Counted from the stretch's first letter, positions 28,801 through 39,360 are shown. The stretch is 64,000 nucleotides of DNA from Phycisphaerae bacterium (GCA_963666835.2 CAXXGO010000006.1:1792001-1856000); one strand, 5' to 3'. A program made the numbers and translations. The notes: generated by a model from the letters alone, not told the origin.

Positions 28801-31800
28801 CCTCCGTACCGTTGCAATAGAATGTGTCAGCACAATCCTCGTCGCCCACGCAGTCTCCGCAGCGGTTGGAATCCTCGTAGCAGGCGAGAGGCCAACAGGG
28901 GTCGCCGGCAGATACGCAAACACCGTCAACACACACCTCCCCGCCATCGCAGAACACGCTATTATCAGGACAATCCTCGTCGATATGACACTGCACATAG
29001 ATGCCGTTGAAGACGAGCAGGCCGCCAGCCAAGAGAGTGCGCGTGTCAGGATTCGGGTCGGGAGAAAGCCAATCTGCCACGTCGGCCCATTCGATTGTGT
29101 ACGCACCCGGAACAGCATCTTCGATTACGAGGCTGCCGGGGCCAGCAATCTGAGTGTTGGGCCCTGTCAATGTCCATGACGCGTTAAGTGCGCCCGGTTC
29201 TGGATTCACGACGATTCTTCCCGCGGCAAACGAGTGAATCTGGTCCGTAATCGTCTGCCAGTACAATGAATTGTCCGTGTCGAGTAGATCGAGGTGGTCG
29301 CCGATGCCGTGATCCGCGTTGTTAAAGATGTGATGATGCCCAACAAGGCGGCGCGCAGCGATATTGGCATCCAGCGTGCCGACGACTCCGAGTGTTCGTG
29401 TCGAAAACGGGAGCCCGCCGGATATGTCTAAAAGGAGGGCACTTTGAAGAGGTACGAACCCGTCGTTGGCATGATAGACGGCCGCCCCCGACGCCGTGTT
29501 AGACATCTGCGATTGAAAGACGGTTACCGCAGAGAGTCCAAGATGTTCCGGCGTCAGCCCCGTGGTTGCGGCTGTGGCTTGTCCTCCGCAAACAGCAAGC
29601 AGATCGATGTTGTTTAGCAAGAGAACGTCATACGCGGCAAACGCCGCGATTTTGGCATGGTACTGTTCCGTCTGATTGAGATACGCGAGAGTACCACTCA
29701 TATCTTTGTAGGGATTTCCATAGAACACTGTCACGTCGGTCGACGATGATAATTGGTTGGCGTCCGTGGGCGTTGTTTGCATCCATCCGTCGTTTGAAAT
29801 CGTGACGGGAAAGAGCCGTGCAGTGGAATCCGCAAGCGCGTTATCCGCGTTGTCCCACGCGAGATTGAGGCTACCGAGTTCATCTGGATCGAATCTGTGA
29901 AGGCGTCCAAGTCCTGGTGTTGGCTCAGTGTCGATGATCGTGTCGTAACATCCCAGAGATAAGATATCGAGCCCGAAACGGTCAATCCATGCATATGCAA
30001 CCCAGTCGGGTACGGCAAGTGGCGAGCCATGATGAGGGGTCCCGAGAGTTATAAGGCCAAGGACATCGTCGCCCTGATGCTCATGGTTCATGAAGGCGCG
30101 TACAACGAGGCCGCCGCGGCTGTGTGCGACGAAAAGAACCCTTGTTCCGGCTGGATAATGGTCGTTGGCCAGGAGTGTGCCATAGACAAAGTCGGCAAGA
30201 TCCTCCGCATTGCCGGTATCGCCGTCGAAGCCCACAGCAGCGGTCGAGTCATGAACCCAGGTGTACACGTCGAACGCGCCAAAGGCAGATGGGTGTGCGT
30301 CAATCCACGCCTCGAGGGTGTCCCACCGGGCTTCTGCGTCATGGCCCTCGCTGTGAATGCCGTGCACGAGGACAAGCGGTGTTCTGGTTGACGAGCCCAC
30401 TGGGTCACTCCACGGGGACAAATGCCAATCACGCTCTTCAACCGTTAAGTTGGCCTGCTCTTGAGTCGGTTCGTACACGCTACTGCCATCGTACTTCACA
30501 TGGACGACATAGTCGCCGGGATCGAGGTCTTCGGGAATGACGTAGTACAAGCTGCCGACACCGAAGAAACTGGTTGTGAGGTCGGATAGCGTCACGCCAT
30601 CGTCGGGAAGCGGCTGGCCGAGGAGCTCAAAGTAGATTGGCTCACCCCCTATGTTATCATGCAGGCCCACGTCTTCCTCCAGCTTCGCTTCAAGCCGGAC
30701 CAAAGTGCCCTTTGATGCTGTCACGTCAACGAAATGGTTGCCTCGGAACCGCGTGGGCACACGGCCAACGGAAAAGTCTTCGCATAGTTCATTATTACCC
30801 TCGCCATCGGGAGGACACTCGTTGGCTACTTGGTCCTCAGGATCAATTACAACGCAGACCTGAAGAGTGCCAGACGTGTCAGGGGTGAAGGTGGTGGGTT
30901 CTTCATTACAGTGGCCGGCTAGAAGCCCCGCCGCCAGATAGTTGCTGTCGAGGAAGACGCCATCAATATAGAAGTCGAGACGAAGCATAAGCTCGAGGGC
31001 GTGTTTGTCTCCCTGGTTGCAGAGGTTTGCAGTGATCGTGCCAGGGCGCGCGACGACGAGGGGGTCAGGATCCACCCAAATGTCAGCGACGACTAAGTCA
31101 GAACAAGGGGGTTGCCGGACGTGCATAGTGGCGGTTAAGTCGTTGTTGGCCTCGTTAGATTCAACGACCTCGCCGTTGGCATCTGCGCGTGTCATGATCG
31201 TGTGATTACCCTGAGTAGGCGCTGTCAGTCCACACGCCGTCAATGTGACACACGCACCTGGCGCCACATTGTCGTAGTCGTCTTTGTCCTCGTATGCGCC
31301 ATCGACGTAGAAGAAAGCCTCTTGGTTGCGGAGAGCACCGGCGCTTGCCGTCGCATTGCCGATGTTACACACTGTCCCCTTAATGCAGTACTCCTCGCCC
31401 TCCTGCGGCTCTTCGGGCTCTGTCCAGACCGACTCCACAACGAGGTCCGCATGCGCCACTGGAAACTCCTCCTGCAGCTCGTTGTTGTCTTCACCGCCGT
31501 CCGGGCATTCGTCGACATCATCATCAGCATCAACAGTCACGCAGACCGTGACGTTCGCGCCCGCGGGAACGGTAAAGTCGTCGGTTTCTTCATCGCACTG
31601 ACCGGCAAAAAGGCCAAGCAATAAGACACTATCGCCGACGTGGATGCCGTCGACAGAGTATTCCACATCGATCCACGCGATAGCATCCTCGTCGCCCGTG
31701 TTGCACAGATTGGCGTGAATCGTCCCCGTCTGCCCGGCGACAAGCGGATCGGGCGTTACCCAGATGTCATTTACGATGAGGTCGGGACAACGCAGAACGA

Positions 31801-34108
31801 CATCGAAGTTCTCACACCTCTGGTTATTGCTCTCGTCTTCCTCCTCTATCTCGCTGGCGGGGTCGATGGTTGCGCAGACCTCGATCTCACCCTGCGCGGG
31901 TGGGGTGAAGTTGATCGATTCATCGTTACACTGCCCATCATCTAAACCGAGCGATAGGCTGTCACTTCCAATGTGAATACCGTCCACGAAGTAGTCCAGG
32001 TCGATACTCACGAGACCGGTTCCGACGGAGCCTATATTGCACGACGTGACCGTGAGCTCACAGGGCCGACCCACTTCGCAAGGGTCTGGCGAAGCGGAGA
32101 TTTCCTGCACGATCAAGTCTGGCCCCACCACTGCAACCTGTTCCGTGCGTTCGTTGTTTCCCTCGTTGCTCTCACGAACTTCGGCGCTTGAATCGGCGAC
32201 CACCTTAAGGCTGTAGGTGTCGATTGCCTGAAACGTGTAGCCGATGCTCTCGTCGTTGGAATCCCCCGCGTCGAGACCGAAACTGATACGGTCAGTGCCG
32301 ATAGAGCTTCCATCGACGTAGTATCTGATGTTGAACGCTGACGCGTCTGTGCCCCCCTGGTTCTTGATGCGGGCATGAATAGTCGCCGGATCATCCACAC
32401 CTGGATTCGTTGGTGTCGTCCAGATGTCCTGGACGATTAGATCGGGCTCACAGATTGTGAGGTTCTCAGTGCGATCGTTGTTGTTCTCGTTGCTCTCCGA
32501 CACCTCGTAGCTTGAGTCCGCAAAGATCTTGACGCTGTGGGATTCCCCGCTCTGAAACGTGTAGCCGATGCTCTCGTTGTTGGAATCCCCCGCGTCGAGA
32601 CCAAAACTGATACGGTCGGTACCGATAGAGCTTCCATCGACGTAGTATCTGATGTTGAACGCTGACGCGTCTGCGCCCCCCTGGTTCTTAATGCGGGCGT
32701 GAATCGTCGCAGATTCGCCCACCCCTGGGCATGAAGGTGTCACCCAAATGTCTTCAATGATGAGGTCAGGCTCAGTGACTGTGACGTTCTCCGTCCGTTC
32801 GTTGTTGTTCTCGTTGCTCTCCGACAGCTCGTAGCTTGAGTCCGCGAAGACCTTGATGCTGTGGGATCCCCCGCTCTGAAAAGTGTAGCCGATGCTCTCG
32901 TCGTTGGAATCCCCCGCGTCGAGACCGAAACTGATACGGTCGGTACCGATAGAGCTTCCATCGACATAGTATCTGATGTTGAAGGCGGATCCGTCACCGT
33001 CACCCTGGTTCTTGATGCGGGCGTGGATTGTCGCCGACTCACCAGCTTCTGGATTGGCTGGTGTAGTCCAGATGTCCTGAACGATCAGATCAGGTTGGGG
33101 GATGTGGACCGTCACATCCCAGGTATGCCAATACATGAAGCTCCAATCGCCATCGTAGTTGTTCGCGTCAATCGTTGTCGTGCCCGAGCCAAAATACCGG
33201 CAATACTCCGGATCCGTGTAGTTGTTTCCCCACCAAGTATGATCTTCGTCGACCTCCGTGTCATTCGCCCACCAAACAGTCCATACCTCTTCACCCCAGA
33301 TGCCGTCAACGCAGAAACAGTTCGTGCCCGGCGTAACCGTCACAGACTCGTATTGTGACGAGCCCCAGTCATGACAGTACGTCGTACGGGAATCGGCGAC
33401 ATTGGCGAGCAGTCCACCACGGGCATCCAGTGCGTTTTTCTCGTAACCGAGCAGGTGCGCCGTAACGAGCATAACCTCTCGACCTAAGTGACGACTCAAC
33501 GTGTCAATGTCCGTATGTCCATGCACGAGGTAGTCGCTGAAAACAAACCCCCGATCTGCGGGATCTGTGTTTCCCACGTCGACCTTCTCGGCAACGGCAA
33601 AGAACGCACCATAATCTCGAAACGAGGAATCGTTTCCGCCTACAAACACCGTTGAGTACGCGAATGGGGCGTCGGGACGCTCCGTGGCGAATGTCACGCC
33701 AACGTCATCAAAGGCCTGTTTGAGCATGAGTAGGACGCGGTCGATGACTTCGGCCTCTCTCCCTCTAAGGGGTGGATCTGGGATAGCGAACGGCTGGATG
33801 TCTATGTGCTCGATAGTGACGGAGCCCCGGTAGCTGACGTTGCGTGCCCCATTGAATTCCAGAACAACGAGCTGCCCGCTTTGCCCAATCCCTTCTGAGT
33901 CGGCCAACTTAAGGCCCGAAACATACTCGGGTCGCGAGGAAGAGTCGACCTGTTGCTGCTGTTTATCGCTCCTTGATAATGACTGGGCTGGTTCTTGCCG
34001 GCCGTGCTCTCCAGCATGTGAAGACACGGCAAGCATAAGTACTAGTATCAACGCCCCGTTTCTGGTTGCGAAGCTGGAATGGCAAGCTGCTCGCATTAAC
34101 TTAGACAT
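25832..34108 (-). CDS. Giant secreted/surface protein: CARDB repeats, alpha/beta hydrolase, Cys-rich repeats, beta-propeller, C-terminal anchor
   Basis: 2758 aa; signal peptide; about 7 PDLIV...E.NE.NN CARDB-like units; LVHG...FVAHSRGG...LGTPHHGS lipase-like core; many CxD..FCxGxExC repeats; NHL/Vgb-like propeller; CGACG + hydrophobic stretch + Arg-rich tail. Confidence 0.85.
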   Translation of the reverse strand: MSKLMRAACHSSFATRNGALILVLMLAVSSHAGEHGRQEPAQSLSRSDKQQQQVDSSSRPEYVSGLKLADSEGIGQSGQLVVLEFNGARNVSYRGSVTIEHIDIQPFAIPDPPLRGREAEVIDRVLLMLKQAFDDVGVTFATERPDAPFAYSTVFVGGNDSSFRDYGAFFAVAEKVDVGNTDPADRGFVFSDYLVHGHTDIDTLSRHLGREVMLVTAHLLGYEKNALDARGGLLANVADSRTTYCHDWGSSQYESVTVTPGTNCFCVDGIWGEEVWTVWWANDTEVDEDHTWWGNNYTDPEYCRYFGSGTTTIDANNYDGDWSFMYWHTWDVTVHIPQPDLIVQDIWTTPANPEAGESATIHARIKNQGDGDGSAFNIRYYVDGSSIGTDRISFGLDAGDSNDESIGYTFQSGGSHSIKVFADSSYELSESNENNNERTENVTVTEPDLIIEDIWVTPSCPGVGESATIHARIKNQGGADASAFNIRYYVDGSSIGTDRISFGLDAGDSNNESIGYTFQSGESHSVKIFADSSYEVSESNENNNDRTENLTICEPDLIVQDIWTTPTNPGVDDPATIHARIKNQGGTDASAFNIRYYVDGSSIGTDRISFGLDAGDSNDESIGYTFQAIDTYSLKVVADSSAEVRESNEGNNERTEQVAVVGPDLIVQEISASPDPCEVGRPCELTVTSCNIGSVGTGLVSIDLDYFVDGIHIGSDSLSLGLDDGQCNDESINFTPPAQGEIEVCATIDPASEIEEEDESNNQRCENFDVVLRCPDLIVNDIWVTPDPLVAGQTGTIHANLCNTGDEDAIAWIDVEYSVDGIHVGDSVLLLGLFAGQCDEETDDFTVPAGANVTVCVTVDADDDVDECPDGGEDNNELQEEFPVAHADLVVESVWTEPEEPQEGEEYCIKGTVCNIGNATASAGALRNQEAFFYVDGAYEDKDDYDNVAPGACVTLTACGLTAPTQGNHTIMTRADANGEVVESNEANNDLTATMHVRQPPCSDLVVADIWVDPDPLVVARPGTITANLCNQGDKHALELMLRLDFYIDGVFLDSNYLAAGLLAGHCNEEPTTFTPDTSGTLQVCVVIDPEDQVANECPPDGEGNNELCEDFSVGRVPTRFRGNHFVDVTASKGTLVRLEAKLEEDVGLHDNIGGEPIYFELLGQPLPDDGVTLSDLTTSFFGVGSLYYVIPEDLDPGDYVVHVKYDGSSVYEPTQEQANLTVEERDWHLSPWSDPVGSSTRTPLVLVHGIHSEGHDAEARWDTLEAWIDAHPSAFGAFDVYTWVHDSTAAVGFDGDTGNAEDLADFVYGTLLANDHYPAGTRVLFVAHSRGGLVVRAFMNHEHQGDDVLGLITLGTPHHGSPLAVPDWVAYAWIDRFGLDILSLGCYDTIIDTEPTPGLGRLHRFDPDELGSLNLAWDNADNALADSTARLFPVTISNDGWMQTTPTDANQLSSSTDVTVFYGNPYKDMSGTLAYLNQTEQYHAKIAAFAAYDVLLLNNIDLLAVCGGQATAATTGLTPEHLGLSAVTVFQSQMSNTASGAAVYHANDGFVPLQSALLLDISGGLPFSTRTLGVVGTLDANIAARRLVGHHHIFNNADHGIGDHLDLLDTDNSLYWQTITDQIHSFAAGRIVVNPEPGALNASWTLTGPNTQIAGPGSLVIEDAVPGAYTIEWADVADWLSPDPNPDTRTLLAGGLLVFNGIYVQCHIDEDCPDNSVFCDGGEVCVDGVCVSAGDPCWPLACYEDSNRCGDCVGDEDCADTFYCNGTEACDAGRCESSGDPCIGTGLRCDEDLEDCVECFHDGECADDGVYCNGSEVCMDGFCASDGDPCTHLDQLCDEPNRRCCACFTSGDCNDNGVFCDGEEVCDDGCLCVSTGDPCLAAGLVCDEGREACVECLSDADCEDHLFCTGVDSCVDQACQSSGDPCIDDGLVCDEGNDACVVCMTDAECDDANPCTDDSCEPSTGCVFTPDDSNVCADGLYCNGEEECEAGACRDVEDPCVAQCDEENDRCVDCLVDEHCEDNGAYCDGDEVCVDGECESTGDPCEAGECCVEDCAECLPNPWASGRGALVYVGSFGGDSVALFDAGTGENLSPLVPRGIGGIDYANGLAVSPHTGNLVVASVETSSIKEYRKVAGDCTGEFVRDFVEGITSSGIAFGPDGKLYATDWRTHRVLRFDGETGEQDPGFAAAGCGLEGPNGVVFTAGGELLVVSEETGSIISFDTTTGETCEVVASGCGLDTPVGIAVLPNGHVLVANHDADSVVEFDLSIEDPAQRCVGDFVAPGTCGLSGPQGITIGPNGNVFVSSLGSDAILEFDGTDGSPANPCVFATGCGLEGPTYLAFGAACVDDASCSDGNACNGQETCDPAIGCQPGTALNCNDGNDCTTDSCNPAIGCVHVPIPGCGVDPCDGVNCDDDDECTTDSCEDGTCVYEPITCDDEDACTTDTCVDGACIFDPVVCDDGIYCNGAEECVDGGCESGIPPCDGPCCEALDRCEECPCTSDEECDDGNACNGLETCEERTCVDGTPLDCSDDDPCTEDSCDPISGCANVAIECPDDEQCIDGDCQRIWDLELSVNPTPSDPGQELPATLHQNASLVRIFVAVAPQTCDDVCPSDTCDGRCVPTPASVDCPRPCVFSEWSGSVEQGREQDNPLIVSMDSNKVITANFQTVDCTEDSDCDDGQFCNGAELCLDMTCQTGNSPCGVGDRCNEEQDCCETNVGAPCGACGEGSWVCVVIGTFGWVGLRLHGPRRRRPRRA

Positions 34109-34988
34109 TCATGAACCTCCTCGCCTGCTGTCGCAGGTTTTAGATCGTGCTGCAAAACCACGAGACGAAGGGATACTCCACCGTCGGGCGGCATTGCCGT
34201 CGAGCCGGAGCCGCGTCTGTGCGACGGCCTTTAACAGCGACGCCCCGGCTCCATGCCGGAACATAGTTCATGGCCGCTTTGTTGCATGATCGATCTTTGT
34301 TCTCATTGCCCAACGACGCACCGGGGCACCTGGCGCTTCCACCGAGGACGACAACTGTACCGGGAGTCAGCGATGCGAGTATCGCGAGGAAAGCCGTGCT
34401 TTCTCTTCCGAAACAACGACCTAACGGCCACAATAGGAACGATTTTGCCGGTTCATATGGTGTCTTTGTGGCTCGAAACGCCCGCTCTACATATACATGC
34501 GTGAAACGGGTGAAACGGGCGCAGTGAAAAGTCAAAGTTCCTTGTGGGACTGCCGGCACCGGATAACGCATGTTGGGGGTAGATCGGTAGTTACTTTGCG
34601 CGACGCAGTAGCTTGAGCTGCATCTCACAATGTGCCAATCGCAAAACACGAAGCCACGAACACCAAAGGGAAGAACGCTGTGCGGTTTCGGTGCAACGCA
34701 GTTCCTTGCGGACGGGGGAGGGCAAGGACGATGGCTCAGGATGCCCGACCAGTCAAGAATCGCCCCGGTGGGCGTTTACGGGCCACCGGCGCGCGGATCG
34801 GAAAGCCCACCGCAACGAGGCGTAGCAACAGGTACTCGCGACGCCGGGACAGTAGGGCCGCAACAGACCCGAACACATCCTCCCAAATACACCACCAACG
34901 GAATCCGCTAAAGTGCTACTGTGGAGGGTTGTCGTGGGCTGCGAGACCTGTTACAGTGAACTGATGAGGTTTTCAGCTCTCTCGTGAG

Positions 34989-35585
34989 ATGTGCATGTCT
35001 GCGCACAGGGATAGTCCGGTGACGGAGCTACTGGCCGCGGTGGGGCGGGGGGAGGATTCCGCGCAGGAGGCGCTTTGGGCGGTGGTGTATGACGAATTGC
35101 GCCGCGTAGCTCGGGGGCAGATGGCCGGAGAGGCATCGGACCTCACTCTCCAGCCGACCGCCCTGGTTCACGAGGCGTACTTTCGTCTGTTTGACTCTCA
35201 GGACGTCCAATGGTCGAGCCGGCGACATTTCTTTGCGGCCGCGGCGAAAGCGATGCGTCGTATTCGCATAGATGACGCACGTAAGAGAAAGCGCCTTAAG
35301 CGCGGCGGCGCCGAGCGGCCCGCGCATCTGGCGGAGGAGCCGCCGCTGTTCGATCAGGATCCGGTCGAGGTGCTGGCCGTCGATGAGGCGGTGGACAAGC
35401 TTGAGCAGCTTGATCCGCGCAAGGCCCGGGTCGTAATGCTGCGCTACTTCGCGGGTCTGACCGTAGACGAAACCGCTGATGCCCTCGATGTGTCACCACG
35501 AACGGTGGACAACGAGTGGCGGCTGGCCCGGGCGTGGTTGCACCGCGAATTGAGCAAGGGCGACACCGTAATGGGTGACAAGTAG
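34989..35585 (+). CDS. ECF sigma factor, planctomycete kinase-associated type
   Basis: VYDELRRVA...TLQPTALVHEAYFRL...RYFAGLTVDETA..LDVSPRTVDNEWRLARAWL. Confidence 0.92.
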   Translation: MCMSAHRDSPVTELLAAVGRGEDSAQEALWAVVYDELRRVARGQMAGEASDLTLQPTALVHEAYFRLFDSQDVQWSSRRHFFAAAAKAMRRIRIDDARKRKRLKRGGAERPAHLAEEPPLFDQDPVEVLAVDEAVDKLEQLDPRKARVVMLRYFAGLTVDETADALDVSPRTVDNEWRLARAWLHRELSKGDTVMGDK

Positions 35586-35588
35586 CCG

Positions 35589-38500
35589 ATGTTGGCCGGT
35601 CAGTGGGAGCGCGTGCAGGAGCTTTTCGAAGCGGTCGTAGCACGCTCGCCTAAGGACCGGGCCGCTTACCTGGCTGAGGCCTGCAAAGATGACGCGGAGC
35701 TGCGGGCCGAGGTCGAATCGCTCTTGGAGCACGACGCGCGGGCTTCTTCAGAGTTTCTCCTTCCTCCCCGGCTCGGGTCCGGGGCGGCGCGTGGCAGCGC
35801 GGACGACGCCCCGGACCCTCTCATTGGCAAACGTGTCAACAAGTATCTGATCAAGAAGGTGATCGGCTCCGGCGGGATGGGCACGGTGTACGCGGCCGAG
35901 CAGATCAGGCCCAGCCGCATCGTGGCCCTGAAGGTCATGCGGGCCTGGGCCTCTACACGGTCGGCGTTGCGCCGTTTCGAGTATGAGTCGGAGATCCTCG
36001 CCCGACTGACGCACCCGCATATCGCCCAGATCTACGAGGCCGGTACGCATCGTGATCCTGAAGCGGGACGCGGCGTTGTGCCGTTCTTCGCCATGGAGTA
36101 CATCCGTGACGCCAGGCCGTTCATCGCTTATGCCAACGAAAAGAAGCTGGGCACGCGGGCTCGACTGGAGCTGTTCACCCAAGTCTGCGACGCCGTCCAC
36201 CACGGCCACCAGCGCGGTGTAATCCACCGAGATCTCAAGCCCGGCAACATCCTGGTGGATTCGTCGGGGCAGGTGAAGGTCATCGACTTCGGGGTGGCCC
36301 GCCTGACGGATTCGGACATCGCCGTGACCACGATTCGAACCGACGTCGGACAGTTGATCGGCACGCTGCAATACATGAGCCCGGAACAATGCGACGCGAA
36401 CGTTCTGGGCTTGGATACGCGCAGTGATGTCTACGCGTTGGGCGTGCTGGCGTACGAGCTTATCACCGGACGGTTGCCCTATGACGCGCGGAGTGAAACC
36501 ATCTACCGGGCGACGAAGGTCATTCGGGAAAGCACACCGCCCCGGCCGTCCTCGATCAACCCGAAGCTGCGTGGCGATGTGGAGACGGTTGTCCTTAAGG
36601 CGATGGAGAAGGACCGCGACCGGCGGTACCAATCCGCCTCGGATTTCGCGGATGATATTCGCCGGTACCTCAATAAGGCCCCGATCAACGCCCGTCCGCC
36701 GAGCATGTACTATCAGCTATCGTTGCTCGCCAGACGCAACAAGGCCGCCGTCGGTGCTCTTGCCGGCGTGTTCGTTGCGCTGCTTTTTGCGCTGGCGGGA
36801 ATCAGCTGGGCATACACTCAAACCCGTGCGGCCCGGGATGAATCCCGGAAGAACGAGCATGAGGCGCGGTGGAAGGCCTACGTTGCCGGCATCACTGCGG
36901 CTGAACTGGCGTTTCCATTGAATGACTTCGCAATGATCAATGACAGCCTCAACCGTGCGCCGCGCGAGTTCCGAGACTGGGAGTGGTCGCATCTGCACGC
37001 CGAAACCGATTACAGCCTCAAGACGATTCGTCTCGACGAGTTTGGTTTTGACGGCCGTTGCATAATAACGATCAACTCGATGGGCACACATATCGCGGCG
37101 GGCGCGCCGGATGGATCGATCTGCTTGTGGAGCACCTTGACCGGAGCGAAACTCGTCACTCTTCCTGGCGACGGGCAGCAAGTACAGTCCGTAGCTTTGA
37201 GCCGCGACGGATCGCGAATCGCGGCGAGGACGTCGGAGGGAGCAATCCGCGTGTGGGATGCTGCCGGCATCCCAAAGGTCGACGCCTCGTGGCGGCCTGA
37301 ACGGAGCTATTGCCCTCCGGCATTCAGCTCTGACGGCACCCGGGTGGCCTCCGTATCCTCTAGCGGTTTGGCTTGCGTGTGGGATACCTTAACCGGTCAT
37401 GAGGTCTGTGTCTCCCCCATCCACGATACGACGGTTCTCACTTTGGCCCTGAGTCCTGATGGCATGCGTATGGGAGCCAGCTCAACTGACGACACGATTC
37501 GCTTTTGGAACCTGGGCTCCGGTGATGAAGCGCACGTTCTGGCCGGGCACGATGAGGATGTCAGATCCCTGGCCTTCAGCCCGGACGGTGACTACTTAGC
37601 GTCTGCGTCACTGGACGGCACGGTGCGTCTATGGAGTATTGACGATGGCGCGGAGGTGCGGCGAATGGAGAGAAGGGGAGAGGGCGGCGGCTTCGTTGCA
37701 TTCAGTACGGACGGTAGTCGCCTTCTGTGCAAGAGTATGAACGACTACCTCTGCGTTTGGGATGTCGCCACCGGTAGCCGCATCGCGGAGATTCGCACGC
37801 GCGGCCATAGTCCGGATCAAGTGGCGTTCACGCCGGATGGCAAGGGACTTGTTTCTGGTAGGCATGACGGCACCGTGACATACTGGGGTCTCTTCCCCCC
37901 GGAAGGACTGAGGATCTATCGGGGTCACCAAGCTGCGGTTCGTTCAGTTAAGTTCAGCGCGGACGGGACGCGAATCGCATCGGGAGCGACGGACAAGACT
38001 GTACGGCTTTGGGACTCATCCACAGCGGAAGAGCTGGCCGTGCTGGCGGAACATAGCGACGTGGTGATTGCCGCTGCGTTCAACCGAGACGGCACCCGCG
38101 TGGCATCGGCGTCGTGGGACGGCACAGTACGGCTGTGGGATACCAGCACCGGCGAACAGACCGGCGTTCTGCTTCACGGCAACGAGATGGTCTTCTCCGT
38201 AGCATTCAGCCCAGAGGGCACCCGTTTGGCTTCTGGAACGTCGGAGGGAGCGTTACGTCTCTGGGATGCGGCTACGGGCCGCCTGCTGTGCAAGCAGGAC
38301 CTGGGAACGGTCGTCAAGTGCGTTGCGTTCAGCCCCGACGGAGTCAAATTGGCGTCCGGACTCGAAGATGGAACCATGCACGTCTGGGATGTCTCCTCGG
38401 GTGAGCACATGTCTCGTCTAGACGAACGAACCTGTGGGAACATCTCGATTGAGGACATCGCCTTCAGTCCGGACGGTGCTCTTCTTGCACCGGTCGGCGG

Positions 38501-38984
38501 AAACGGCATGTGCCTGTGGAACTTGGCCACGGGGGAAACCGTCGCCTCCCCGAGCAAGGTGCATAGCTTCTCCTCTGTCGAGTTCAACCAGACCGGTACG
38601 CGCGTGGCTCTGGGCTCGTCCGTCTCAACGGCGTGGATCGCGGATACGTCCACAGGTGAACGGGTCCTCACCCTTCGAGAGTATCAAGACTCGGTGAACT
38701 CCGTGGCGTTTAGCCCGGACGGCACGCGTTTGGCTGCAGCACTGGGCGACGGCACCGTGTGCCTGCGGGACAGCGTGCCGTTCAGGGATCGCTATGCGCA
38801 ATACCAAGCCATCCGTAACGCCGCGCCGGAAGCCCGGCAACTTGTGGAAGACCTTCACCGTGAGATAAGAGAATGGGGCGACGTAGTTGAGCGCCTGCGG
38901 GACGACACCACCCTGACCGCCCCCGTCCGCCGCGCGGCTCTCAACGAAGTCCTCCGCCGAGCGTCCGGCCACGGCGATGGATGA
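35589..38984 (+). CDS. Ser/Thr protein kinase with WD40 repeats
   Basis: GSGGMGTVY, VALK, HRDLKPGN, DFG, YMSPEQ; one TM; many GH...AFSPDG...VRLWD repeats; starts 3 nt after the ECF stop. Confidence 0.95.
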   Translation: MLAGQWERVQELFEAVVARSPKDRAAYLAEACKDDAELRAEVESLLEHDARASSEFLLPPRLGSGAARGSADDAPDPLIGKRVNKYLIKKVIGSGGMGTVYAAEQIRPSRIVALKVMRAWASTRSALRRFEYESEILARLTHPHIAQIYEAGTHRDPEAGRGVVPFFAMEYIRDARPFIAYANEKKLGTRARLELFTQVCDAVHHGHQRGVIHRDLKPGNILVDSSGQVKVIDFGVARLTDSDIAVTTIRTDVGQLIGTLQYMSPEQCDANVLGLDTRSDVYALGVLAYELITGRLPYDARSETIYRATKVIRESTPPRPSSINPKLRGDVETVVLKAMEKDRDRRYQSASDFADDIRRYLNKAPINARPPSMYYQLSLLARRNKAAVGALAGVFVALLFALAGISWAYTQTRAARDESRKNEHEARWKAYVAGITAAELAFPLNDFAMINDSLNRAPREFRDWEWSHLHAETDYSLKTIRLDEFGFDGRCIITINSMGTHIAAGAPDGSICLWSTLTGAKLVTLPGDGQQVQSVALSRDGSRIAARTSEGAIRVWDAAGIPKVDASWRPERSYCPPAFSSDGTRVASVSSSGLACVWDTLTGHEVCVSPIHDTTVLTLALSPDGMRMGASSTDDTIRFWNLGSGDEAHVLAGHDEDVRSLAFSPDGDYLASASLDGTVRLWSIDDGAEVRRMERRGEGGGFVAFSTDGSRLLCKSMNDYLCVWDVATGSRIAEIRTRGHSPDQVAFTPDGKGLVSGRHDGTVTYWGLFPPEGLRIYRGHQAAVRSVKFSADGTRIASGATDKTVRLWDSSTAEELAVLAEHSDVVIAAAFNRDGTRVASASWDGTVRLWDTSTGEQTGVLLHGNEMVFSVAFSPEGTRLASGTSEGALRLWDAATGRLLCKQDLGTVVKCVAFSPDGVKLASGLEDGTMHVWDVSSGEHMSRLDERTCGNISIEDIAFSPDGALLAPVGGNGMCLWNLATGETVASPSKVHSFSSVEFNQTGTRVALGSSVSTAWIADTSTGERVLTLREYQDSVNSVAFSPDGTRLAAALGDGTVCLRDSVPFRDRYAQYQAIRNAAPEARQLVEDLHREIREWGDVVERLRDDTTLTAPVRRAALNEVLRRASGHGDG

Positions 38985-39099
38985 AGCCACTCCACCGTGT
39001 GTCGCCCGGCAGCTCCCATTGAACATCTGCGCGAATAGGCTCTGCCGGTCACCGCGCAATACGACCGCTTCCGCCCAAAGCGGCGCCGCACAACCCGCC

Positions 39100-39360
39100 T
39101 CAACTCCCCGGCCGTTCGTCGCAGGAGCACTCCTCGCTCAATTCCGCGGCAAAGCGGCGTAGGGCGGCCCACTTGCCCTCTGCGAGCATGAGCGCCCTTT
39201 GCTCCTCCGACATGATCGTGTCATCGTCGCCTTCGGGTATGCGGCTCACGATCTCTTCTTGGAGGATGTCCAGGAACCTGAGCTGATACTTACGATCCAG
39301 CGAGTCAGCCAGGGCGATCGGCGTTGCCGCAGTGCTTTGCGGTTGTTGTGTCTGAGTCAT
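39100..39360 (-). CDS. Small hypothetical protein after the terminase-like gene
   Basis: 86 aa; AAGGAG RBS upstream; start overlaps the end of the preceding gene. Confidence 0.55.
   Translation of the reverse strand: MTQTQQPQSTAATPIALADSLDRKYQLRFLDILQEEIVSRIPEGDDDTIMSEEQRALMLAEGKWAALRRFAAELSEECSCDERPGS

Noticed and set aside
32130..33095. DGR template/variable repeat pair
   Set aside because: The repeats are in-frame tandem protein domains, and I saw no adenine-specific mismatch pattern.
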